64,000 nucleotides of DNA, taken from sequence record OQ992562.1. One strand, given 5' to 3'. Of this stretch, positions 19,402 through 27,812 are shown piece after piece. The notes under the pieces were generated by a model. It was not told where the DNA came from. It saw only the letters and a list, made by a program, of their open reading frames with translations, and did not search any database. A program made the position numbers and the translations under genes. Numbering within the stretch: position 1 is the stretch's first letter; each line of letters opens with the position of its first letter.

Positions 19402-21435
19402 ATGAATCTTAATCGTTATAAAGCGCGTGATCTTCTAAATCTAAGTTATGATGATTTATGGTCACTCCCTTCAGAATGGCATCTAATCGAATTTGATGAT
19501 GGTAAAACGGTTGTGTCAGTTGACCGTATTACCAAATTATCCGTTCTGTGTTGGTATCCTCTTAAACATTATAAAGATTGCCCAATTCCATCTGATCACC
19601 ATATCGATTTCAATCGCATCTTAACTGATAACCCTAAAGATTATCTAAATGTTGAAGGTGGCCGAGTAACATCTAAGGCCATGGTTAAGCATTTAAATAA
19701 GGCTATTTGGAACATCTATGATTGGTCAGGTGAAACAGTAGATCCTGAAGTACTATCTAAACTGGCTATTGAAGGTAAGAACTGGCTGTATAATCAGACC
19801 ACTGTGAAACTGTCTGAATATCTAGCAACCTTGTCGATGTTTGATATTGCTGAAGTATATAATCATCCCAAGGTACGTGAGGCTAACCATAATATCGAAC
19901 CAACTACTTATGGTATCGAAAAAATTAGTTATGGTAAAGTCAAAGAAGTATTTAATGATCCTACCCAATTCATTGGTAACAGCATCATTGAAGGTCTTCG
20001 TTCTGGTACTCAGAAAACTGAACAGCTTCTACAAGCATTTGCTTGGCGGGGCTTTCCAACTGACATTAACTCAGATATCTTTAAATATCCGGTAACAACT
20101 GGTTATATTGATGGTATTTGGAATCTGTATGAGAATATGATTGAATCTCGTTCAGGTACTAAAGCACTACTATATAACAAAGAACTACTGCGAGTAACTG
20201 AATACTTTAACCGGAAATCTCAGCTTATTGCACAATATGTCCAAAGGCTACATCCTGGTGATTGTAAGACCACAATCTTAGCTGAGTATCCTGTAACTAA
20301 GTTAACTTTAAAAGCATTCAAAGGAAAATATTATCAAAAAGAAGATGGTAAACTAGACTGGATCCGTGGAAATGAAACACACCTAATTGGAACTAAACAG
20401 AAATTCAGGTCTGTATTTGGATGTAATCATCCAGATAGTCAGGGTATCTGTATGACTTGTTATGGCCGACTAGGTATCAATATTCCAAAAGGAACTAATA
20501 TCGGTCAGGTTGCTGCCGTATCGATGGGTGACAAAATTACTTCAGCAGTATTGTCTACTAAACACACCGATGCGTCTTCTGCTGTAGAACAATATAAACT
20601 TGGCAAAATTGAAAGTAATTATTTAAGAACAGGTGAAATCCCAGAGACACTATATCTAAAGAAAGAACTTACTCAGAAGGATTATCGTTTAGTAATCGCA
20701 CGGTCAGAGGCAGAAAACCTTGCTGACATTTTAATGATTGATGACCTTACTGCATATCCAGCTACTTCAGCTACTGAACTAACCAGCCTGGCCCTAGTCT
20801 ATGATGATGAGGTGAATGGTGAATGTGGTGATGTTCTGACTGTGTCGCTGTATAACCGTAGGGCTAGTCTATCTATTGAAATGCTAAAGCATATTAAGAT
20901 GGTCCGTTGGGAACTAGATCAGCGAGACAATATCGTCATTAGTCTTCGTGGTTTTGATTTTAACCTACCATTCTTAACGCTACCAAATAAGCACGTAAAC
21001 ATGTATGAAGTAATGAAACGATTCCAAAGTTTCTTACATTCCGGTAGTGACTCAGCCGAGGCAGGTAAACTAAGCACTGAGAAAGTTGGATATACGTCTA
21101 AAACGTATCTTAAAAACTACAAGTCACCAATTGAAGCACTACCTGTATTTGCAACAATGGCTAATGAAAAGATTAGCCTTAATATTTCCCATTGTGAGAT
21201 CTTGATATACGCTATGATGATCCGTTCAGCTCAATATCGAGACTATCGCTTACCTAAACCCGGTATTAATGGCCAATTTGAAAAATATAATAGGCTAATG
21301 CAATGTCGTAGTTTAGGTGGTGCGATGGCTTTCGAAAAGCAGCATGAGCCACTAAATAACCCAGGCAGTTTCCTTAACAAGATGAGGAATGACCATCCAT
21401 ATGACTTACTAGTTAAAGGTGGTAAACTGCGATAG
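19402..21435 (+). CDS. nvRNAP beta-prime C-terminal subunit (phiKZ gp74 ortholog)
   Basis: ESRSGTKAL, Zn site C..C..CMTCYG, trigger-loop-like VGQVAAVSMGDKITSAVLSTKH. Confidence 0.88.
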   Translation: MNLNRYKARDLLNLSYDDLWSLPSEWHLIEFDDGKTVVSVDRITKLSVLCWYPLKHYKDCPIPSDHHIDFNRILTDNPKDYLNVEGGRVTSKAMVKHLNKAIWNIYDWSGETVDPEVLSKLAIEGKNWLYNQTTVKLSEYLATLSMFDIAEVYNHPKVREANHNIEPTTYGIEKISYGKVKEVFNDPTQFIGNSIIEGLRSGTQKTEQLLQAFAWRGFPTDINSDIFKYPVTTGYIDGIWNLYENMIESRSGTKALLYNKELLRVTEYFNRKSQLIAQYVQRLHPGDCKTTILAEYPVTKLTLKAFKGKYYQKEDGKLDWIRGNETHLIGTKQKFRSVFGCNHPDSQGICMTCYGRLGINIPKGTNIGQVAAVSMGDKITSAVLSTKHTDASSAVEQYKLGKIESNYLRTGEIPETLYLKKELTQKDYRLVIARSEAENLADILMIDDLTAYPATSATELTSLALVYDDEVNGECGDVLTVSLYNRRASLSIEMLKHIKMVRWELDQRDNIVISLRGFDFNLPFLTLPNKHVNMYEVMKRFQSFLHSGSDSAEAGKLSTEKVGYTSKTYLKNYKSPIEALPVFATMANEKISLNISHCEILIYAMMIRSAQYRDYRLPKPGINGQFEKYNRLMQCRSLGGAMAFEKQHEPLNNPGSFLNKMRNDHPYDLLVKGGKLR

Positions 21436-21493
21436 ACGTGGAGGACGTGAGGTTTGGGGAGCACTGCTCCCCTTACCGATCGTTGATTTTTTT

Positions 21494-23032
21494 ATGAAAC
21501 CGATTCTTACAGCAGAACGATACACCCATGGTGTTCGTTTATCCGGTTACGATCGGGAAACATACTTAAAGATGACTGGATATCTTAATAAACTGGTTTT
21601 AAAAGAACCTAAGAAGATACCTGGTCAACGCACCATAATGGAAATAAAGAAAAAATATTATGGTGAAACAGAAGATGGTAAATCTGTATTCATCCATCGT
21701 GAATGTCTTCAAGAACTTATTAATTATCTAGCCGATAAGAATATACCATCTACTAGAATTGAAATTGTAGATATTCCTGTACCAACAGCTGTTAAAGTAG
21801 ACTATACTTTATTTGAACATTATGTTCTAAGGGATTATCAGGAAACCATCCGCGAAGATATTCTAAGACCACATTTACATTCAGCACGTGTTGATTTACA
21901 GACTGGTAAAGGTAAAACCTTAACTAGTTTAGCTTCAGTTGCAGTAATGAAAGAACGTGGTGTTGTTATGATTCCACCTAAATATTTCGGTATTTGGGAG
22001 AAAGCATTAAAAGAAACATTTGTTGGTTATGAAGATCAGCTAGGTATAAAATATTTAAAAGTATCTGGATCTGCTGAGTTACAGAATCTAATTAATCGCG
22101 GACTAGAGAATGATTTAGAGGGTGTTGAAATTATTCTCATTAGTTCTACAACATACCGTGCATATATCGATACTTTTGAACGATTAGGTGAAAAAATCGA
22201 TGTAGTTGGATTTAATGTACCACCACCTAGATTCCATGAGGTTATTGGAGCAGGTTGGCAGATCAATGATGAGATTCAAGAAGATCCAGGATTAGTATTT
22301 CGTACTGATCTATATACCAATGTCAATAAACAAATCTATTTATCAGCTACTCCATACACTGGTAATCAGTTTGTTACTAAAATGATTGATGTCATGCTAC
22401 CTGCCACTACAAAGTGTAGGTTACCTGCATATGACTCATACATCAATGTTATTGGCTTGTTATATAGTGAACCAACTATTAAACCTAAGGACTATTTAAC
22501 TCCATTTAAAAATACATATAACCATGCTCGTTATGAAACAGTAATGATGAAGAATCCTAGGCGACTAGACTTCTATTTAAAGATGGTTAAACGTATTGTA
22601 GATGGCGTTTATATAAAGGATCGTATTGAAGGTCAGAAATGTTTGCTATTATGCGCGACTGTAAACTTTATCGATGTACTGACAGCTTATCTTAAGAAAC
22701 AATATCCAGATCTTCAGATTAATAGACATGTTTCGGGTAGTCCGTATGATAGATTAATGACTAATGATATCACTGTATCAACTATTAAATCATCTGGTAC
22801 TGGTGTTGATATTAGGAATTTAAGGGAAGTTATTCTATTACAAGCAACTGACTCTAAAAAGGACAGCATCCAAATTCTTGGACGACTAAGACCATTGAAG
22901 AACTGGCCTGATGTAATACCAAGGTTAACATTCATGGTTTGTAATAACATACCTCATCATTGCAGATACGCTAGAAATAAAGAAAATCATTTCATGGGTA
23001 AAACTAAAAGTATGCGCATGATGCGTTTATAG
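21494..23032 (+). CDS. SF2 helicase, UvsW/DEAD-like (phiKZ gp75 ortholog); likely start ATG 21494
   Basis: Walker A TGKGKT, motif II NDEIQ, motif III SAT, motif VI QILGRLR. Confidence 0.85.
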   Translation: MKPILTAERYTHGVRLSGYDRETYLKMTGYLNKLVLKEPKKIPGQRTIMEIKKKYYGETEDGKSVFIHRECLQELINYLADKNIPSTRIEIVDIPVPTAVKVDYTLFEHYVLRDYQETIREDILRPHLHSARVDLQTGKGKTLTSLASVAVMKERGVVMIPPKYFGIWEKALKETFVGYEDQLGIKYLKVSGSAELQNLINRGLENDLEGVEIILISSTTYRAYIDTFERLGEKIDVVGFNVPPPRFHEVIGAGWQINDEIQEDPGLVFRTDLYTNVNKQIYLSATPYTGNQFVTKMIDVMLPATTKCRLPAYDSYINVIGLLYSEPTIKPKDYLTPFKNTYNHARYETVMMKNPRRLDFYLKMVKRIVDGVYIKDRIEGQKCLLLCATVNFIDVLTAYLKKQYPDLQINRHVSGSPYDRLMTNDITVSTIKSSGTGVDIRNLREVILLQATDSKKDSIQILGRLRPLKNWPDVIPRLTFMVCNNIPHHCRYARNKENHFMGKTKSMRMMRL

Positions 23033-23039
23033 TAAATGG

Positions 23040-23090
23040 CATAAATGATCCCTCCCTTAGTTGGGAGGGATTATGCTTTTTTTATTTTTT
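23040..23090 (+). terminator. Rho-independent terminator flanked by CATAA/TTATG
   Basis: ATCCCTCCC-TTAGTT-GGGAGGGAT plus long T-run. Confidence 0.85.
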
Positions 23091-23103
23091 GTATTTAAAG
23101 CAT

Positions 23104-23120
23104 TTTAAACAGTATATCAC
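23104..23120 (+). promoter_or_regulatory. Early promoter
   Basis: TTTAAACAG-TATATCAC. Confidence 0.75.
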
Positions 23121-23149
23121 AAATGTGATAAAACTATAGGGTATTTACA

Positions 23150-23215
23150 ATGAAGAAAAAATTGATTATGATTACAATTGTAGTTATAGCTTATAAACTA
23201 TGGGAGTGGAAATAA
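23150..23215 (+). CDS. 21-aa hydrophobic micro-ORF (MKKKLIMITIVVIAYKLWEWK)
   Basis: First ATG after the early promoter; TAATG coupling to the next gene. Confidence 0.5.
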   Translation: MKKKLIMITIVVIAYKLWEWK

Positions 23216-23472
23216 TGTATACAGTTGATCAGATCTTTGGTGCAACATGGCTTCTAGTCAGTACTTTGATCTTAGTTGATATTCTTCTAACATGCATGCT
23301 GATATTTATTATTAAAACATATCTTGAGTTTAAAGATATCTTTAATAAAAGTGCATGCCAGTACGCTATGCTTTTTCTCTCCGTAAGCATTGTATTAGTT
23401 ACCATATGGGTAAGTACTATTGTTAGTTGCTGGACTAACTATTCACTGACATGTACAACTTATCTATTTTGA
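23215..23472 (+). CDS. Small two-TM membrane protein; start re-called at ATG 23215
   Basis: Two long hydrophobic segments; TAATG overlap with the micro-ORF. Confidence 0.7.
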   Translation: MYTVDQIFGATWLLVSTLILVDILLTCMLIFIIKTYLEFKDIFNKSACQYAMLFLSVSIVLVTIWVSTIVSCWTNYSLTCTTYLF

Positions 23473-23484
23473 TGAGGTGTCTAT

Positions 23485-23676
23485 ATGGCTCGGGTATTGT
23501 TATTTTTAGTACCACTATTAATTGCATTTAGTGGATTAATAACTTCAATTATATTTCTTGCTGCTGCTGAAACAATCAAACAAAAAGCAATGATTGTAAG
23601 TGGCTTGATTTGCAGTATGTTTACCCTTATGTTAGGGTTGTGGTTATTTAATATGATAATCATGCATATTAAATAG
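23485..23676 (+). CDS. Small two-TM membrane protein, 63 aa
   Basis: RBS GAGGTG; two hydrophobic helices. Confidence 0.7.
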   Translation: MARVLLFLVPLLIAFSGLITSIIFLAAAETIKQKAMIVSGLICSMFTLMLGLWLFNMIIMHIK

Positions 23677-23731
23677 ACATGCTATGTAAGAACAATTGAT
23701 CATTGTTCTCTAATAATAAGAGCATCCCACT

Positions 23732-23926
23732 ATGGTCTTTTTGTGTCAACTTATAGTAATAGCCCTTGTGGCTAGTATGGGATATAAAAGTTATCAGATT
23801 TATCTTTATGTCAAGTTTGACTTAGATAAAGATAGTATTAAATCCCGGTATGTTCGCCAAAAGACACTGCTTGTTGTTTTATATGGCTTCTTTGCTTTAT
23901 TCCCATTAGGATATCTGATGGTTTAA
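23732..23926 (+). CDS. Small two-TM membrane protein, 64 aa
   Basis: Hydrophobic N- and C-terminal helices around a basic loop; followed by a terminator. Confidence 0.6.
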   Translation: MVFLCQLIVIALVASMGYKSYQIYLYVKFDLDKDSIKSRYVRQKTLLVVLYGFFALFPLGYLMV

Positions 23927-23929
23927 TAA

Positions 23930-23962
23930 ATATTACCCCGCCTTTTATTGGTGGGGTAATAT
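23930..23962 (+). terminator. Terminator hairpin
   Basis: ATATTACCCCGCC-TTTTATT-GGTGGGGTAATAT. Confidence 0.75.
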
Positions 23963-24021
23963 GCCATCTTTATATCAAAAGACTTTTGAATATCATATCC
24001 CACCCTGATAAGGAGTAGACC

Positions 24022-24165
24022 ATGCAAGTACGAATTGAGGTAATCAATAGTGAGGGCAATCTGGATATCGAAGAACGGGTTGATATCCGCCCAATGAAGG
24101 GGTTAACGGCCTGGATGGTCGCTCTAGCTATCAAAGGTCTTGTAGCTAGCTTTGCACGTAAGTAA
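24022..24165 (+). CDS. 47-aa hypothetical protein missed by the track (MQVRIEVINSEGNLDIEERVDIRPMKGLTAWMVALAIKGLVASFARK)
   Basis: RBS TAAGGAG at 24009-24015; ends just before the terminator at 24171. Confidence 0.65.
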   Translation: MQVRIEVINSEGNLDIEERVDIRPMKGLTAWMVALAIKGLVASFARK

Positions 24166-24170
24166 GGCGA

Positions 24171-24215
24171 CATAAACCCCTCTCCATGTGGAGAGGGGCC
24201 TGTCTTTATTTTTTT
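24171..24215. terminator. Bidirectional terminator
   Basis: CCCCTCTCCA-TG-TGGAGAGGGG with T-run; lies between convergent genes. Confidence 0.8.
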
Positions 24216-24713
24216 TTATTTAGTTAACGGCTTGTTTAATTCATTTAACTGGTTATTGTTATTAACAGCTTCATTATGGGTAATATTTCTACATAATTCA
24301 ATTATGTATTCTACCTCAGAATAAGCTAATTCAAAGAATTCAGTTAATGACATATTAGATAAGCTACCTACTTTATACTTGAAGAAATCTCTAGTCAGTC
24401 TCCTTCTCAACCCACCTTCGATAAAGTCCTCTTTAGGATTTACCTTATTTAACCACATGGGTCCGTTTTCTGGTGAACCGATATCGTAATCAAGTAGATA
24501 TGCTTCTCTTGTTAAACGTGCTGCTGTAGACGGTCTTACTGCCCCTACTGTCGATAATAGTCTATCTAAGTGTGTATCATCTTCATTTAACTTATCATAA
24601 CCAAAGTTTGGATGTAGGATGTGACCACTATCTTCCTTGAAAGTGGCCTCAAGACGACTATATCTCAGATCATTAACTACACCATCCGGTTTGACTTCGA
24701 GGCCGCCAAAGTA
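24216..24713 (-). CDS. -1 frame extension of the gp77-like gene (putative tail assembly chaperone, P2 E+E'/lambda G-T type)
   Basis: Frame is open from 24731 to stop 24216 with no ATG/GTG/TTG until 24458; entered by a -1 slip at T TTT TTT (24719-24713); C-terminal MSLTEFFEL resembles P2 GpE-family MSLTEL (by eye). Confidence 0.65.
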   Translation of the reverse strand, partial: YFGGLEVKPDGVVNDLRYSRLEATFKEDSGHILHPNFGYDKLNEDDTHLDRLLSTVGAVRPSTAARLTREAYLLDYDIGSPENGPMWLNKVNPKEDFIEGGLRRRLTRDFFKYKVGSLSNMSLTEFFELAYSEVEYIIELCRNITHNEAVNNNNQLNELNKPLTK

Positions 24714-26278
24714 AAAAAAGTTGACAGCATGTCAATAGGGATTAGGTGTGGGAAACGTTCTTTAAATTTAGTAGCGGCAGGTGACTCACATACTGGACAA
24801 TTCCAACTTGTAATTGCAATCATTCCAATTAGTTGTGAATCAATGAAGTTACTCACCGCATTAATAAAGCGGTCATTATATTCCGGTGTGGATAGAATAT
24901 TAGTTAAGAACTTTTCAATAGTTTCACGATTAGTGGTTGCAGTACGAATATTGTCTTCAGAACTTTCACCATCGTCATCTTCACGTACTTTAATTTCTTT
25001 AACAAAATGTGAGAACTGACGGGCAATAGAGATCTTTTGTAAACGTGCAATATACTGAGAACGTTGCGGACCATCGACTGGTTCATTAAAACTACCTTGA
25101 GTCATATCGATAATTGAGTTAATCCAACTATCACCAGACTCTCGGCGATCAGCAATTGTACACATCTCAAGAACAACACCAACGTCACCAAACATTTCAG
25201 TTACTTGAGTATCAATACGGAATCCTTCTTTATAAGTCTTAAGATCAGATTCAGTGCATGCATTAAACTTACGTGCAATATATTTCTTTTGTTCTTCTGA
25301 GAATGCCAGTAGATCATATTGAACAAGCGTTGACATATTAAGTTTCGCTGTTTCAATATGGTTACATGTATTGGCATCTGCAATACATGGATAACTATAA
25401 TTAAATCCATCTGGGTACATAGTCGCTGCTAGTGCATGATGTAAGAATGGTTCATCAGCTACTGAGATAACATGCTCTAGGTCAGTTGGAGTGTTGAACT
25501 TATAGTTGGATTGAATAACACATGCAAGTGCTAAACTACTAACCATGTTAAGTAACACAGCTGCCATGTTTGAGAACAGCATACCTTTTGATTCAGCGCC
25601 TAGCCGGATCTTTAATTGTGCTAGACGTGCTTGTAGGGCAGCTACTTCAGTACCAGTAGGTGCACGTAGTTTTACCCAAATACCTGAATGAGGTAGGAAA
25701 GTATCATATGGCGTACCGATGTTAGCTTTACGTGTTAGGAAAACTAGAGTTTCATCATCGGTCATTTTACGACCATTGGTATTAAATACAGGTCGGCCAG
25801 GTCGAATGATCTTTTCACCATAAGGAATTTCACTAGACCATTCAGAACCTTCTCGGGCAGTTGCACCGATTGGTGCATCTTCAACAATAGAGTGAGCTAA
25901 GCCTTCCAGAATAGCAGCTGTCCACTTTACACCGTCACTAGTGTCATCTACTTTATTATCAGCAAATGCTTTAAATAGTTCTTTATTGTGATCCAGGAAA
26001 TTATAAACAGTCTGGGGATTCTCACGTAGTAAAGTAAGAATGCTAGCACTGTCTTTAATAGCCGGTTCAGAAGCATCCCGAATATTTCCAGTTTTAGCAT
26101 TACGTGGAATACGTAGTTTAATTTCTTTTTGATCAGGAACGAAAGGTGGAGTTTCCACCTCGTCATTATTTTCAATACTAGAGTCAGGATCGTGTTGCGC
26201 ATTGATCTCATCAATTTGATCTAGTAGATTCTCTTCTGGAGTATCATCGTACTCATTATCGAAGTCAGCAGTAGCCAT
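24677..26278 (-). CDS. Putative tail/baseplate assembly chaperone (phiKZ gp77 position), CPxC motif near the C-terminus
   Basis: 533 aa; acidic N-terminus; YPC..C and CPVC Cys pairs; slippery heptamer 11 codons before the stop. Confidence 0.6.
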   Translation of the reverse strand: MATADFDNEYDDTPEENLLDQIDEINAQHDPDSSIENNDEVETPPFVPDQKEIKLRIPRNAKTGNIRDASEPAIKDSASILTLLRENPQTVYNFLDHNKELFKAFADNKVDDTSDGVKWTAAILEGLAHSIVEDAPIGATAREGSEWSSEIPYGEKIIRPGRPVFNTNGRKMTDDETLVFLTRKANIGTPYDTFLPHSGIWVKLRAPTGTEVAALQARLAQLKIRLGAESKGMLFSNMAAVLLNMVSSLALACVIQSNYKFNTPTDLEHVISVADEPFLHHALAATMYPDGFNYSYPCIADANTCNHIETAKLNMSTLVQYDLLAFSEEQKKYIARKFNACTESDLKTYKEGFRIDTQVTEMFGDVGVVLEMCTIADRRESGDSWINSIIDMTQGSFNEPVDGPQRSQYIARLQKISIARQFSHFVKEIKVREDDDGESSEDNIRTATTNRETIEKFLTNILSTPEYNDRFINAVSNFIDSQLIGMIAITSWNCPVCESPAATKFKERFPHLIPIDMLSTFFTLAASKSNRMV

Positions 26279-26289
26279 TTAAAACTCCA

Positions 26290-26784
26290 TTATTGTTGAA
26301 TTAGTTTTTCGTCCCAACCAGCTTCTCGAAGAGTGCTGATCATCGCTAGGATTACACCATCAATACCGCGTTCAATAGCACCTTCAATACCAGTATATTT
26401 AGTAACAAGCTCACCGATGAGTTTTAGCTCATCTTCATTATTTGCCGGACCAACCTTACCTTGATGTTGTGCATATAGGACACTGATAATTTTAGTTAGT
26501 CGATTAAGGTCAGCAATAACTGTTTGTAGGTTCTTTTGGAATCCAGTAGGATCAGATAACGTCGGAATAATTTCATTGATCTTATTAATAACTGGATTAA
26601 TGAATACTTCAGTTTGTAGAATACGCTTACCTACAGAACCTGCTAGTACATTGACAACATCCCAACCATCGCGGTTAAGAATATGATCAGCTGCGGCAGC
26701 TGATGCTCCAACTGCACGTTCAAATAGACGTAGCGTCTTTTCCTGTTCTTTAGTTAGAGTTGGTTCTTTAGCTTTATTTGACAT
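26290..26784 (-). CDS. Hypothetical helical protein (gp78 position)
   Basis: 164-aa ORF, same operon as the gp77-like gene. Confidence 0.75.
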   Translation of the reverse strand: MSNKAKEPTLTKEQEKTLRLFERAVGASAAAADHILNRDGWDVVNVLAGSVGKRILQTEVFINPVINKINEIIPTLSDPTGFQKNLQTVIADLNRLTKIISVLYAQHQGKVGPANNEDELKLIGELVTKYTGIEGAIERGIDGVILAMISTLREAGWDEKLIQQ

Positions 26785-26954
26785 CTTGTTATACTCCGAT
26801 AGAGGCTTAATTTAATATTTGCCAATATAAATTGACAAATGAAAAAATGATTAGTTCAACATATATTTAACACATTTGGTAATTTTACACTATATTAAAG
26901 AATAACTATCTGTCCAACCCTATGTTAATAATTCCGTATAAAAAGGATATCGTC

Positions 26955-27812
26955 ATGAAAGATTTCATTGATAGTTATCTTACGCCTCTTATACATGAAG
27001 AGCGTAAAGAAGTTATCCTAGACTGCGTAGCATCTTTTGAAAAGATTAATTATGTTGCAGCTCTAGATGAACTAAATACAGTATGTCAGATTCAATCAGG
27101 TATCTCAGATAATGCAATGCTTCTTTCTCGCATTGATGATATCATTCGCATTGCACAAGATGAAATTCTAAATGAGCATCTTATTAAAATTAGTGATGAA
27201 GCAACTCAGGCTGAGCGGCAAGCTGTTGTTAATACACTCCTTAGTTTAGAAGATTACATTATTCCAGATGAAGTGAATGATATTCTGTTAGCCGAATATT
27301 CACCCGAAGAGACGTTAGCACATCTGGTAGAACTTATCGATACAAGTGTAGATTTCTTAAATATCATTGACTTAATTGAAAGTGTATCACCAACACTTAT
27401 TAGTAATATTACATCATTTATTCAGTCAGTACTTACTACCCGTGGTCAAGCATATGGCAATGTAAGTAATGTCGAACGGATTAATTTAATTAATCGCCTT
27501 ATTCGTATTCATACGCGGGCATCATTTAAGTTAGCTATGGAACTAGTTAATGCAGGATTACGTGTTGGTAAAAGGAATATTGATGACCTATTACAAATTT
27601 CATTTGGCCCATTAGATGCTATGACGCCTATTGAAGTTGCTAAAGAAATTGTCGGATTGGTATTAATTTCAAATACTGAACAGAATGAAATTAGTAGAAC
27701 CGTAATGAGTATTATAGATGATTTCACATCTAACAATATTGAACGATCTATTATGGAAAATGAAGCTAAAAAGATTTTAAATAGCATAGGTGATACTAAT
27801 GAAATTACGTGA
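26955..27812 (+). CDS. Hypothetical or virion-associated protein (gp79 position); likely start ATG 26955
   Basis: RBS AAGGA at 26943-26947. Confidence 0.75.
   Translation: MKDFIDSYLTPLIHEERKEVILDCVASFEKINYVAALDELNTVCQIQSGISDNAMLLSRIDDIIRIAQDEILNEHLIKISDEATQAERQAVVNTLLSLEDYIIPDEVNDILLAEYSPEETLAHLVELIDTSVDFLNIIDLIESVSPTLISNITSFIQSVLTTRGQAYGNVSNVERINLINRLIRIHTRASFKLAMELVNAGLRVGKRNIDDLLQISFGPLDAMTPIEVAKEIVGLVLISNTEQNEISRTVMSIIDDFTSNNIERSIMENEAKKILNSIGDTNEIT

Noticed and set aside
21436-21493. GGAGG-GTG mini-ORF and GGGGAGC/GCTCCCC hairpin before the helicase as an attenuator
   Set aside because: The T-run is 14 nt from the stem and the peptide is unremarkable; evidence is too weak.
23970-24173. 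67-aa minus-strand ORF in the track
   Set aside because: The opposite strand has a 47-aa ORF with a strong RBS that fits between the two terminators.
24665-24673. ATG-ATC-TGA just after the gp77-like stop as a frameshifted true start, or a CTG start at 24668
   Set aside because: Possible but less parsimonious: the -1 frame is already open 60 nt upstream and begins at a phased slippery heptamer. Kept as the refuting alternative.
24621-25019. 132-aa plus-strand ORF over the frameshift region
   Set aside because: Antisense to two coding frames, with no RBS or promoter evidence.
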